Of a DNA stretch of 64,000 bases, positions 37,365 through 46,971 are shown one piece after another. The notes beneath the pieces are model-generated. The model saw nothing but the letters and a program-made list of their open reading frames with translations, ran no database searches and was not told the origin of the DNA. Source of the stretch: Alphaproteobacteria bacterium (GTDB taxonomy: Bacteria; Pseudomonadota; Alphaproteobacteria; Micavibrionales; Micavibrionaceae); NCBI GenBank assembly GCA_030427385.1, contig JAUHWR010000001.1:1544042-1608041 (forward strand). The letters run 5' to 3'. How positions within the stretch are numbered: position 1 is the stretch's first letter; each line of letters opens with the position of its first letter. Position numbers and translations under genes: made by a program.

Positions 37365-37415
37365 TCTTTAGGGATTTATGCCTATCATTTTCAAAGGATT
37401 AAGATATAACACCCT

Positions 37416-38654
37416 ATGTTTTACAAATTGAGCAATGCCGGTTTAAGAATGGCGTCTTTAGGTATAAAAATGCTGTTTATGCTCTATATGGGGAAGTATT
37501 TGGGCTTATATGATTTGGGGACATATGGTCTTGTCGCCGCGATTGTGGCGTTGTCGATACCATTATTGGGAATGCAATTGGAATATGTGATCTCGCGAGA
37601 GATCATTGGTGAAAATGATGAACATCAGGCGATATTGCTTAAAGATGAATTGATTTTTTATATGTCCAATTATGGTTTTCTTATTTTTGGATGCATCATC
37701 TTATGGCCCGTTCTGGCGGATAGCTTTGACAGCAGCATTATAATTTACACATTGATTTTGTGTATTTTAGAGGGCATATCAACGCTTGCGACCGCAACTC
37801 TAACGTCATTGCAGCGCCCTATCATTGGCAATATTGTCTTCTTTATCCGTTCTTCATTATGGGTCATTCCGGTTGTCATTTTGGGTCTTATTGATGAAAC
37901 CTATAGAAACGTAGATATTATTTTTCAATTTTGGATTGGCGGCGCGCTGTTAAGTTTAGTATTTGCGGCTTTTATTTTGAAGTATTTGCCATGGATTAAG
38001 GCCTTTCAAGCCAAAACAGATTGGCGGCGCATTCTAAAAAATGTCAAAAAAGCTCTGCCTTTATGGGGCGCCGCAGTTTGTTTGGCGGGGGCGACCTATC
38101 TGGACCGTTTTGTGGTCGAAAGTTTTTTAGATCGTGAATTTGTGGGTATTATAAGTTTTTACAGCGCCTTTATCGTTGCCATTGCCGCCTTAACGGGCAG
38201 CAGTGTTTTCTCCTTCAGCTATCCCCGCATGATCGCTCTACATAAGGATGGAAATCATGCGGAGCTTTACGCTTTGACCAAATCCACAACCATACAGGCC
38301 GGCATTTGGGCGCTGGGATTATCGCTTATAATTGGGCTCTTTATACCCGTTTTAGGTGAGATGATCGGACGGCCGGAATTTGCAACCTATAAAGCTGTGT
38401 TTTACATTATGTTGCTCGGCGTGGTGATCCGCACCACCACGCAAAGTTTGCAATTTTTAAGCTATGCCCAACATGATGATTGGGTTGTATGGACCGGCAA
38501 TCTGGTTTTCCTACTCAGTTCATTATGTTCTGCACTGATTTTAATCCCGCTTTTAGGCTTCATTGGCGCGGGATATAGCGCGATTATATCCGCACTATGT
38601 TTAAGCCTGTGGCGATTATATTATATGAAGCCAGAACCCGCCGCCCCCGCCTAA
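37416..38654 (+). CDS. Polysaccharide flippase (Wzx / MOP superfamily)
   Basis: 412 aa with about 12 hydrophobic helices. The N-terminus (LRMASLGIKMLFMLYMGKYLGLYDLGTYGLV) is typical of oligosaccharide flippases. Confidence 0.7.
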   Translation: MFYKLSNAGLRMASLGIKMLFMLYMGKYLGLYDLGTYGLVAAIVALSIPLLGMQLEYVISREIIGENDEHQAILLKDELIFYMSNYGFLIFGCIILWPVLADSFDSSIIIYTLILCILEGISTLATATLTSLQRPIIGNIVFFIRSSLWVIPVVILGLIDETYRNVDIIFQFWIGGALLSLVFAAFILKYLPWIKAFQAKTDWRRILKNVKKALPLWGAAVCLAGATYLDRFVVESFLDREFVGIISFYSAFIVAIAALTGSSVFSFSYPRMIALHKDGNHAELYALTKSTTIQAGIWALGLSLIIGLFIPVLGEMIGRPEFATYKAVFYIMLLGVVIRTTTQSLQFLSYAQHDDWVVWTGNLVFLLSSLCSALILIPLLGFIGAGYSAIISALCLSLWRLYYMKPEPAAPA

Positions 38655-38659
38655 CAAAT

Positions 38660-41446
38660 TTATAATACATTAATCGGAGTGCCATTTCCGGCGGCCACAA
38701 TCACCGGCGTCATAACATCGGCAATGATTGATTGTCCCAATGCTGTCGGATGTGTTCCATCACTGAAATAATCTGTGTCCGTTGCGTCTGATAATTCATC
38801 TCTTAATCGTAAATCAACCACCGAATCCGCATGATCGTCCCATTCAGCGAGCATCAGGGCGCGAGCTTCGGAAATTCGTGTACTGAATTGCGCCGCAGTT
38901 AAACCAAAAGATGTTGTGCCTGTGATTTGGCTATCAAATGGGATCATGGCGATCACCGTCCATCCTGCTGATCGTCTTGCATCGCAATATGCCCAAAACC
39001 GATCAACGGCTATTCGTGACGTAACATCTTGGAAAAATAGTTCATTCCTGATTTCTAAAGCTGCCAAAACATTGGGACGTGTTTGTGATAATTGGCTATC
39101 AATTTGCGTCGCCGCATCCGAGCTCATATCCGTGGTAGTTTGCCCTGAAACAGAGACATTTTGCATAGTAATGCCCAATGCTCGCACATCTTGTGCAACT
39201 CTTGTGGGCCATGAATTAGCTTCGATATGTTGCGTAATTGAATTACCGTCCGCTATAAAATTCGCGCGTGTATTTATAGTCGGCGGAGCACTTTTATAAG
39301 GGTGGGAGATCGGCAGTAATGCTGTATATCCTGTTTTATGCGCTATGTAGCCTTCGGTGGCTTGCCTCAGATCATTGGATTCTATACTCGCAATTATAAA
39401 GGTGTTGATTGTCCCTCTTAGACCGATATTTTTAACGCTTGTATTTCCAATTATATTTGTAGAGGCAGAAAAGCCCGCTGATCCTGTATATGTACCGTCA
39501 ACTTCGCCGTTAATCAGCAAATCAACCCCGCCATTTGATTTTGTAATTTGAAGACCCGCAAGAACAGGAGTGTCAATTGCTAAGCTCGCGGCGCTGATCG
39601 CTCTTTGCGTTACGGCCTGTTGAGTTACACGTAGTTTTTCATCTGGGTTCACTTGGAAGTGAATCGCATTATTGCCACCGCCTGATATAGTTTTTGCATC
39701 CGCCGTATTATCAACTTTCAACAAAGATATAATCATTTGACGACTGAAAGAAATTGATTCATTAAGCGTAAGCGCGTCATCAGATTCAAAACGAACGCCG
39801 CCAATTACACCATCAAAACTTGTCGTACCGTAAGTCGGAATGTCCGTTCCCGAGGCCGTCCCACCATTAATGCCGTCCATTCCGTCCCAATCGGTTAATG
39901 ATGTGCCGTTTGTCGTGTCATCATTCGCTTCCAACCATAAAGTAATATATTGAGAATCTGAAGGGACCCAAACATTTGGAATTTCATCAAGCTGTGTTGG
40001 CGCGGTATTATTTTTAAGCACATTCCCGACCACATTCGTCATATAGCGGTAATAGGTTTGATATCCCGCAAAGCTTGGGTGAATACCATCATCGCTGATG
40101 ATGTCGCTATCATAGGTAAGCTCGTAATTTTGCAAGTAGGGCATGCCGTCCGCATGGCAATATTCGGGGGTGTTTTCTGCAAGCCATGGCGTGATAATAT
40201 TTTCATTATAGGGGCGTGATCCCAAATATTGGAAGCGCACACATGTGCCGTCTTTATCGCCTGTTTCGGGATCTGGTAAGGGGCGGTCATAGAAGGGGAT
40301 TTGTCCGAAGAACATTTTATGACCCGCCGTTGTAATGGCATTAAATATATAATCCAGATCATCGGCAAAGCCATCAATAAGGTTAGCCGCATTTCCATTT
40401 GGATCAAAGTAAGGGCGGGTTTGCGTGACGTTATTCGTGCCGATATACCCGATAAAGTATGTCGGATAGGCTTCGACGCTATGCCCGGATAAAATCGTAT
40501 CAATGGCATCGCGTAAATCTTCTGCGGTATCGCCGTTTGTGCCTTCCTCTGCTGTTTCAACATAGGCGCTCGCATCAATCGCGAAGGCAACATCCAAATC
40601 CATGGCGGAGCTATCATCTTGGGCGTCCCATATTCCTTGGGCGATGGAATCCCCTAATAAAACCGCTTTGAAGTCATATTGTTTATTTGTCCAGTTAGCG
40701 GCAATGTAGGTTGCCATCTGATCCATTTGCTCGCTGGTTAAGGCGGCATCATAAATCATTATCTCGCCATATTCGCCCTCAATTTGAAAGCTTGCGCCGG
40801 CTGTATGAGAGCCAAATATTAAATTCACGGCTTCGGCAGACTGCGCCCCGACTGTAATCGTGGTATCTGTCCATGTGCTTTCGCCGTCTTTTATGTAACT
40901 GGCTGTGAATGCCGATCCATCCCAATGCAGAGCAATCGCGGTTAGTGTATCGCTTACGCCTGTGACAAATGTTGTCGTCGTCCCGCCGCGCACACCGACT
41001 TTAATCTCTCCGCTTTCATAGGTGCATAACAGTTGTTTATTCCCAAAGGCGCTACTGGTTTTGGATAAGATCGTGCCATTACCGTTATACGTACCCACGC
41101 AGAAAATGGTAAAGGCATCCCCCGCATCGGCGAATAATGACGTATCGCCAAATGTGCCTGTGCCTGTATCTAGCTTACTGGAAGCATCATAGGCAACACG
41201 CAACATATGATTGCCCTTATCGGCATGGGTTAATTGCGCCCAGTTTGAGGTTAGGGTCGCATCATAGCCGTTGGCTGTTTTATCGGACAATCCCGTAATT
41301 GCAGGGGCAGTGCCGATCAAAGTTGATCTGTCCTCCGTGTTATAATGCGCTTGCAAATTTTCCGTGACGATTGCGTTTGTTACAATATTCAAATTTAGAG
41401 GACGCAAGCGTGTACCGCGCCCCAAACCAAGCGGTAATCCCAGCAT
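38660..41446 (-). CDS. 928-aa LamG - SGNH hydrolase - LamG - SGNH hydrolase protein with no Sec signal
   Basis: Two GDSL/SGNH block-I motifs (VLLGDSIAQG near 40650; FIADGNSITQH near 39240) and two block-V motifs (DDGIHPSFAGY; SDGTHPTALG). Two LamG-like jelly-rolls (EGEYGEIMIYDAALTSEQMDQMATYIAANW; ITLWLEANDD...). CAGGAG SD. Confidence 0.65.
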   Translation of the reverse strand: MLGLPLGLGRGTRLRPLNLNIVTNAIVTENLQAHYNTEDRSTLIGTAPAITGLSDKTANGYDATLTSNWAQLTHADKGNHMLRVAYDASSKLDTGTGTFGDTSLFADAGDAFTIFCVGTYNGNGTILSKTSSAFGNKQLLCTYESGEIKVGVRGGTTTTFVTGVSDTLTAIALHWDGSAFTASYIKDGESTWTDTTITVGAQSAEAVNLIFGSHTAGASFQIEGEYGEIMIYDAALTSEQMDQMATYIAANWTNKQYDFKAVLLGDSIAQGIWDAQDDSSAMDLDVAFAIDASAYVETAEEGTNGDTAEDLRDAIDTILSGHSVEAYPTYFIGYIGTNNVTQTRPYFDPNGNAANLIDGFADDLDYIFNAITTAGHKMFFGQIPFYDRPLPDPETGDKDGTCVRFQYLGSRPYNENIITPWLAENTPEYCHADGMPYLQNYELTYDSDIISDDGIHPSFAGYQTYYRYMTNVVGNVLKNNTAPTQLDEIPNVWVPSDSQYITLWLEANDDTTNGTSLTDWDGMDGINGGTASGTDIPTYGTTSFDGVIGGVRFESDDALTLNESISFSRQMIISLLKVDNTADAKTISGGGNNAIHFQVNPDEKLRVTQQAVTQRAISAASLAIDTPVLAGLQITKSNGGVDLLINGEVDGTYTGSAGFSASTNIIGNTSVKNIGLRGTINTFIIASIESNDLRQATEGYIAHKTGYTALLPISHPYKSAPPTINTRANFIADGNSITQHIEANSWPTRVAQDVRALGITMQNVSVSGQTTTDMSSDAATQIDSQLSQTRPNVLAALEIRNELFFQDVTSRIAVDRFWAYCDARRSAGWTVIAMIPFDSQITGTTSFGLTAAQFSTRISEARALMLAEWDDHADSVVDLRLRDELSDATDTDYFSDGTHPTALGQSIIADVMTPVIVAAGNGTPINVL

Positions 41447-41479
41447 GATGTTACTCCTGATAAAGTTGTGATTGAGAAT

Positions 41480-41514
41480 AAAAAAAAGCCATGATCCATG
41501 ATGGTCTCGTGGCT
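41480..41514 (-). terminator. Rho-independent terminator after the Cys-rich protein gene
   Basis: The minus strand reads AGCCACGA-N12-TCATGGCT (8-bp stem, one mismatch) followed by T8 (A8 at 41480-41487 on the plus strand). Confidence 0.6.
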
Positions 41515-41558
41515 TATGTTAGGATAATAATCCTATATATTTTTTATTTTGTCAAGTT

Positions 41559-41939
41559 TTATCTCTGTATTCTCTCATCATACTGATAGGGATTTTTGTC
41601 CTCTTCATCAACCTTGCGGTCTATACAGATTGATTGTCTGGCGGCGGCATCTTCATTGCATTGCGTGCGGTCGGTATAGCTGCAAAGCGCTAAAAGCGTG
41701 GAATCAATTATACAATATTTTTCCGCGCCAATATATCGTGGCTCAACATCCGGAGATAAAACACAATATGTATTATTGCGAAAATCAGCATCTTTACGAC
41801 AGCCCTGCGTATGATCATAAATACACTCGAAATAGGTGTTGTTCCGTAAAATACAAAATGGATAAGCGGCATTACCTGCCGCGGGGAACAGAATATACAA
41901 GCAGCTAAAAAATACTAAATAATACTTTAATTTTATCAT
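41559..41939 (-). CDS. Small secreted cysteine-rich protein with a tandem 4-Cys module (DUF3551-like)
   Basis: The start was moved to MIKLKYYLVFFSCLYILFPAAGNA (signal peptide), which avoids overlap with galE. Two repeats of a C-x(8-10)-C-x(7)-C-x(10-11)-C pattern: YPFCILRNNTYFECIYDHTQGCRKDADFRNNTYC and KYCIIDSTLLALCSYTDRTQCNEDAAARQSIC. Confidence 0.5.
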   Translation of the reverse strand: MIKLKYYLVFFSCLYILFPAAGNAAYPFCILRNNTYFECIYDHTQGCRKDADFRNNTYCVLSPDVEPRYIGAEKYCIIDSTLLALCSYTDRTQCNEDAAARQSICIDRKVDEEDKNPYQYDERIQR

Positions 41940-41959
41940 AATAACGCATAAGAGACGGG

Positions 41960-42964
41960 TTATAGACCCATAATCTTCTTTTTCCAATTAAGAGCGGAGG
42001 TTATAATCGTTTCTATACTATTATATTCCGGTGTCCAATCCAATGTCTTTAGGATTTTATCATTCGCCGCAATTAAGGCCGCGGGGTCACCTTCACGTCT
42101 TGGAGCTTGTGTGACGGAAAAATGATGTCCGGACACATTTTTAACCGCCTCAATAATCTGGCGGTTTGAATAGCCCTGACCATAACCGCAATTAAGTGCC
42201 AACGCTCCATTCACATCGCGGGTAATATTATATTTCAAAGCCGCAAGGTGTGCATTTACCAAATCATTAACATGAATATAATCACGCACGCACGTCCCAT
42301 CAATCGTATCATAATCCGTCCCAAAAATTGACATGCCGCTGCGAATGCCCAGAGCGGCTTCACAGGCTACCTCAATCAGATGGCGTGCTTTAAGGGAGTT
42401 TTGCCCTGTACGTTGCTGGATGTCTGCCCCCGCGACATTAAAATAACGCAACATTGTAATATTGACGTCGGGATATAAGCGCGCCAAATCCTCTAACATC
42501 CATTCCATAGCTAGCTTTGAGCGACCATAAGGATTAATCGGATTGTGCGGGTGATCTTCGGAGATCGGTAGAGATAGAGCCTCCCCATAAATCCCTGCGG
42601 AAGAAGAAAACACAATATTTTTGATGCCTTGCCGAAAGGCAAGATTAAAAAAGTTAAATGCAGATAGGGTATTGGCTTGATAATATAGATCAGGTTGCTC
42701 GATAGATTCCCCCACATAAATCAAACCCGCAAAATGAATGATGGCATCGATATCCTGATAGAGGGAAAACAAATCCTTCATGGCTGCCATATCGCCAATA
42801 TCCGCGCGGATAAAAGAAACATGCAAAGAATCGAAAAAATCTTCCGGCGCGCGGCTATTTGATAAATTATCAACGCCGATAACATCCTGCCCGGCATCAA
42901 GTAATGCCAAAACCATATGTTTGGCAATATAGCCGTTAGCGCCGGTGACTAAAACCTTTCCCAT
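41960..42964 (-). CDS. galE: UDP-glucose 4-epimerase
   Basis: VLVTGANGYIAKH Rossmann motif, catalytic YGRSK, 334 aa. Confidence 0.85.
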   Translation of the reverse strand: MGKVLVTGANGYIAKHMVLALLDAGQDVIGVDNLSNSRAPEDFFDSLHVSFIRADIGDMAAMKDLFSLYQDIDAIIHFAGLIYVGESIEQPDLYYQANTLSAFNFFNLAFRQGIKNIVFSSSAGIYGEALSLPISEDHPHNPINPYGRSKLAMEWMLEDLARLYPDVNITMLRYFNVAGADIQQRTGQNSLKARHLIEVACEAALGIRSGMSIFGTDYDTIDGTCVRDYIHVNDLVNAHLAALKYNITRDVNGALALNCGYGQGYSNRQIIEAVKNVSGHHFSVTQAPRREGDPAALIAANDKILKTLDWTPEYNSIETIITSALNWKKKIMGL

Positions 42965-42988
42965 AATAATCTATTAAATGAAAATGTC

Positions 42989-43882
42989 TTATGCCGCAAG
43001 CTTTAATTTCGATAATGCGTTAATGTGATTCGGCCCAACCCCGCAACATCCCCCTATGATGCTTGCCCCTGCGGAAATCCATTGCGCGGCGAATTCCTGA
43101 TAAGTTTGCGGCGTTATTTCAGAGCGTATCTCTTTTAAGCCGTCATTTGCCTGTTGTGTTTTTGAAATTGGAGTAAAAGCATTGGCGTACGCACCGCGAC
43201 GTATGGTGACATCACAATCTTGTAAAATTTGAAGTGCGGGTTGCATTTCTTCGGGTTGGCTGCAATTGAATAATACGCCTTCAAGATCATGATTTTTGAT
43301 AAATGTGGCGACATCTTCAATGGATTCACCCGCGCGCAATTGCGGCGGAATAGCTGTGTCCCCTTCACGATCTGTCAGGGTAAATGACATCCATTTTGGT
43401 TTGTTACTGCGCTGTAACGCTTTCATTACCGCTGCCGCTTCTTCTAGAGATGACATTGTTTCCACCAGCCAGAGATCACAATCAGATTCTTGTTCTTCTA
43501 TCAGGGGGCCATATAACGCGGCGGCTTTATATGCGGAAAAATAATCGGGGCGATAGGATCCGAATACCGGCGGGATGCATCCCGCAACCTTTACGGGGCT
43601 TGTGGCATCATTCGCCGCCTTGCGCGCTAGCTTTGCCGCCAAAGCTATTAGAGCCCTGCCCCCATTATCAAAGCGCTCTTGCCCGATATGAAAGGGGATG
43701 AGCGCGTAGCTATTTGTAGTAATGACATCCGCGCCCGCATCAATGAAAGCGCGATGCGCCTGTGATACAAAATCCGGGGCATCGATAAGGGCGGCTGCCG
43801 ACCATTCGGGTTGACGAAATGGCGCGCCCATGGATTGTAATAACCGCCCCATACCGCCATCCAAGATTAATAAATCTGACAT
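42989..43882 (-). CDS. Homocysteine S-methyltransferase family protein
   Basis: N-terminal LILDGGMGRLL, internal zinc-ligand Cys (AGCIPP) and C-terminal GGCCGVGPNHI. Confidence 0.8.
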   Translation of the reverse strand: MSDLLILDGGMGRLLQSMGAPFRQPEWSAAALIDAPDFVSQAHRAFIDAGADVITTNSYALIPFHIGQERFDNGGRALIALAAKLARKAANDATSPVKVAGCIPPVFGSYRPDYFSAYKAAALYGPLIEEQESDCDLWLVETMSSLEEAAAVMKALQRSNKPKWMSFTLTDREGDTAIPPQLRAGESIEDVATFIKNHDLEGVLFNCSQPEEMQPALQILQDCDVTIRRGAYANAFTPISKTQQANDGLKEIRSEITPQTYQEFAAQWISAGASIIGGCCGVGPNHINALSKLKLAA

Positions 43883-43885
43883 GTT

Positions 43886-45373
43886 CTATCCTTGTGTAAA
43901 TAATGATAAATAATTTGACCATTGCCCATATAATTCTGCGCTTTGATGTGCGCTCATTTTCGGTGCATACGTTCGATCCGGTTGCCAATGATTGGCAATA
44001 TCATCCAGACCGTCATACATGCCGACCGATAACCCCGCCAGATAGGCCGCACCAAGCGCAGTGGTTTCCGTGACCTTTGGCACATCAATCTGAATTTGTA
44101 AAATATCCGCCAAGAATTGGCAGACAAATTCATTCGCCACCAAACCGCCATCAACCCGTAGCCTATTCGCCTCAATACCTGCATCTGATCCCATTGCGGC
44201 GAAGAGGTCCATCGTTTGATAAGCCTGTGCCTCCAGAGCGGCACGGATAATATGGGCTTTATTTGCACCGCGGCTCAACCCCATAATTGCGCCGCGTGCG
44301 TCCGGTTTCCAATGCGGCGCGCCAAGTCCCGTAAAGGCAGGAATAAGGTAGACGCCATTATTATCCGTCACAGATTGTGCCAAATCTTGCGTTTCCGCCG
44401 CGTTTTTAACCAGTCCCAATTCATCGCGCAGCCATTGCACAATAGCACCCGCCATAAAGATCGAGCCTTCGATAGCATAGTTGATTTGTCCATCCAACCG
44501 ATAGGCGGGGGTAGTTAATAAACGGTTTTGGCTTTGTTTAAATTCTGCGCCAATATTCATTAACGCAAAACAGCCTGTGCCATAGGTTGATTTGATCATT
44601 CCTTTTTCAAAACATCCTTGCCCGATTAAGGCGGCCTGTTGATCCCCCGCGATTCCGCCAATCGGGATAGATAAACCAAATAAGGCAGGGTCAGTCACCC
44701 CAAAATCAGCAACATTGTCTTTAACATCCGGCAATATGGCAGCAGGAATATTGTAAATATTTAATAATTCCGCATCCCATTCTTGGGTTACGATATTATA
44801 AAGACCGGTTCGCGAAGCATTGGTAATATCAGTCACATGCTGCGCGCCGCCTGTTAAGTTCCAAACCAAGAAACTATCGATTGTACCAAATGCCAAATCA
44901 CCTTTTTGCGCTAACTGTGCGGTATGATCATCATGATCCAGAATCCATTTAATTTTGCTGCATGAAAAATACGGATCAATCAGTAGGCCCGTCTTTGCAG
45001 AAATCTGGCTTTCAAGCCCCTTATCCTTTAAAGTCTGGCAGTAATTTGCCGTTCTGCGATCTTGCCAAACGATCGCATTATAGACTGGCTTTCCGGTTGT
45101 TTTATCCCATAAAACCACGGTTTCGCGTTGGTTTGTAATACCGATTGCCGCAATTTGTTGTTCGGGATTTTTTTGCGACAGAACATTTTTGATCGTTTGA
45201 AGCGTATCACGCCAGATATCATTCGCATCTTGTTCGACCCATCCGGATTGCGGATAATGTTGTTTGAGCTCAATTTGGGAGGTATGAAGCGGGCGGGCAT
45301 CATGGGAAAATAATATGGCGCGGCTGCTGGTTGTGCCTTGATCAAGGGCGAGAATTAGCGGCTGTGTTGTCAT
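43886..45373 (-). CDS. glpK: Glycerol kinase
   Basis: LILALDQGTTSSRAILF, GITNQRETVVLWD and WILDH motifs. 495 aa. Confidence 0.95.
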   Translation of the reverse strand: MTTQPLILALDQGTTSSRAILFSHDARPLHTSQIELKQHYPQSGWVEQDANDIWRDTLQTIKNVLSQKNPEQQIAAIGITNQRETVVLWDKTTGKPVYNAIVWQDRRTANYCQTLKDKGLESQISAKTGLLIDPYFSCSKIKWILDHDDHTAQLAQKGDLAFGTIDSFLVWNLTGGAQHVTDITNASRTGLYNIVTQEWDAELLNIYNIPAAILPDVKDNVADFGVTDPALFGLSIPIGGIAGDQQAALIGQGCFEKGMIKSTYGTGCFALMNIGAEFKQSQNRLLTTPAYRLDGQINYAIEGSIFMAGAIVQWLRDELGLVKNAAETQDLAQSVTDNNGVYLIPAFTGLGAPHWKPDARGAIMGLSRGANKAHIIRAALEAQAYQTMDLFAAMGSDAGIEANRLRVDGGLVANEFVCQFLADILQIQIDVPKVTETTALGAAYLAGLSVGMYDGLDDIANHWQPDRTYAPKMSAHQSAELYGQWSNYLSLFTQG

Positions 45374-46868
45374 GACAAAGCTCCTTTACCAAGGTTGGAA
45401 TATGGTCTTCAAGCGCCTCTCTGGTTTGCGGGGAGATATGCAAACCGAGCTTAGAACGCCGCCATAAAATATCTTCTACGCTCCGCGCCCATTCCGCGCT
45501 GATAAGATAGCGAATTTCGGTCTCATATATGTGATCGCCAAAATGCTTGCCCAGATCATTTACATTTGAAGCGGTTTTTAGAATATCTTCAATTCTGCTG
45601 CCATAAGCGCGCGCATATCGGCGCAACATTTGCGGATCTGCCCAGGGATAATTTTGCTGTATTTGCTTAAAAAATGTTTCAAAATCCGCATCCTTAATTT
45701 GCCCCCCCGGTAATAAGGCGTTTTGCGTCCATTTATCTTTAATATGGGGAAAAAACGGTGCGATTTTAGTGATCGCCTGTTCGGATAATTTGCGGAACGT
45801 TGTAATTTTACCACCGAATATATTCAATAAAGGCGGACCAAAAGCGGTTTCCAAATCCAACTTATAATCACGCGTCACATTGGACAGGCTGTCATCACCG
45901 CTATCCAATAATGGTCGCACACCGCTATAATTCCAAACAATCTGGTCGGTGTTGGTTTGCTTGTCGAATGTACGGTTAACCGCATCACATAAATATTGCT
46001 TTTCATCATCCGATATCTCGGCATGACTTGGATCACCGTCATAGAGAGCGTCTGTCGTACCGATCAGGGTAAAATTACCCTCATACGGGATGGCAAATAC
46101 AATCCGCTGATCGGGTTGTTGCAAAATATAGGCATGATCGCCGTCATAAAGGCGCGGGATTATGATATGGCTGCCCTTTGAATAGCGTGTTTTGAGCGTA
46201 TCCGGTTGCTCAAGATGATTGTGATCAATAAATTGACGCACCCATGGCCCCGCCGCATTCACCACACATTTGGCCCCAACTTCAAAAATATCATTATTGT
46301 TACCTTTTAAAGATGCTTGCCAAATCTTGCCATCTGTTTTCAAGGACACGCATTCAGTGCGCGTTAAAATTTCAGCTCCCCGTTCGGCGGCATCTTTAGC
46401 GGACAAGACCACTAAGCGCGAATCTTCAACCCAGCAATCCGCGTAGGAAAATCCTTTTTTATACGAATTTTTTAAAGGCGCGCCTGCTTTGTTTTTGGAT
46501 AATTTCATTCCTTTGGAGCCAGGCAGAATTTCTCTCTTTCCCAAAAAATCATACAAATAAAGCCCAAGACGGATAAGCCAATAAGGGCGCAAATGCGGCT
46601 CATGGGGTAAGATAAATTGTAATGGCCAGATAATATGCGATGCACTGCGTAGTAAGCGCTCCCGCTCGGTTAGCGACTCTGCCACCAACTTGAAATCATA
46701 TTGTTCCAAATATCGCAGACCGCCATGAATTAATTTGGTGCTGGAGGAAGATGTAGCATTGGCAAGGTCATCTTTTTCAACTAGAAGAACGCTCAGTCCG
46801 CGTCCCGCCGCATCTCTGGCGATGCCGCATCCATTTACCCCGCCGCCAATTACAATCACGTCATACAT
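45342..46868 (-). CDS. glpD: Aerobic glycerol-3-phosphate dehydrogenase (FAD-dependent)
   Basis: MYDVIVIGGGVNGCGIARDAAGRG dinucleotide-binding motif and KLIHGGLRYLE. 508 aa. Its 3' end overlaps the glpK start by 32 nt. Confidence 0.9.
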   Translation of the reverse strand: MYDVIVIGGGVNGCGIARDAAGRGLSVLLVEKDDLANATSSSSTKLIHGGLRYLEQYDFKLVAESLTERERLLRSASHIIWPLQFILPHEPHLRPYWLIRLGLYLYDFLGKREILPGSKGMKLSKNKAGAPLKNSYKKGFSYADCWVEDSRLVVLSAKDAAERGAEILTRTECVSLKTDGKIWQASLKGNNNDIFEVGAKCVVNAAGPWVRQFIDHNHLEQPDTLKTRYSKGSHIIIPRLYDGDHAYILQQPDQRIVFAIPYEGNFTLIGTTDALYDGDPSHAEISDDEKQYLCDAVNRTFDKQTNTDQIVWNYSGVRPLLDSGDDSLSNVTRDYKLDLETAFGPPLLNIFGGKITTFRKLSEQAITKIAPFFPHIKDKWTQNALLPGGQIKDADFETFFKQIQQNYPWADPQMLRRYARAYGSRIEDILKTASNVNDLGKHFGDHIYETEIRYLISAEWARSVEDILWRRSKLGLHISPQTREALEDHIPTLVKELCHDNTAANSRP

Positions 46869-46971
46869 GATCTTAACTTAGCAGAAAATAGTGTGATTTC
46901 CAGAGATTATAAATATTCGTTTTTCCTCGCGACATATACGGCGCGGTCATTTAGATATCTTAAATCCTCAG

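Noticed and set aside
41549-41908. The 119-aa plus-strand ORF antisense to the Cys-rich protein gene.
   Set aside because: It has no SD, and its composition is odd (His/Cys/Tyr-rich because it mirrors the Cys-rich gene). The minus-strand ORF has a signal peptide, a patterned Cys module and a terminator, so it is the better model.
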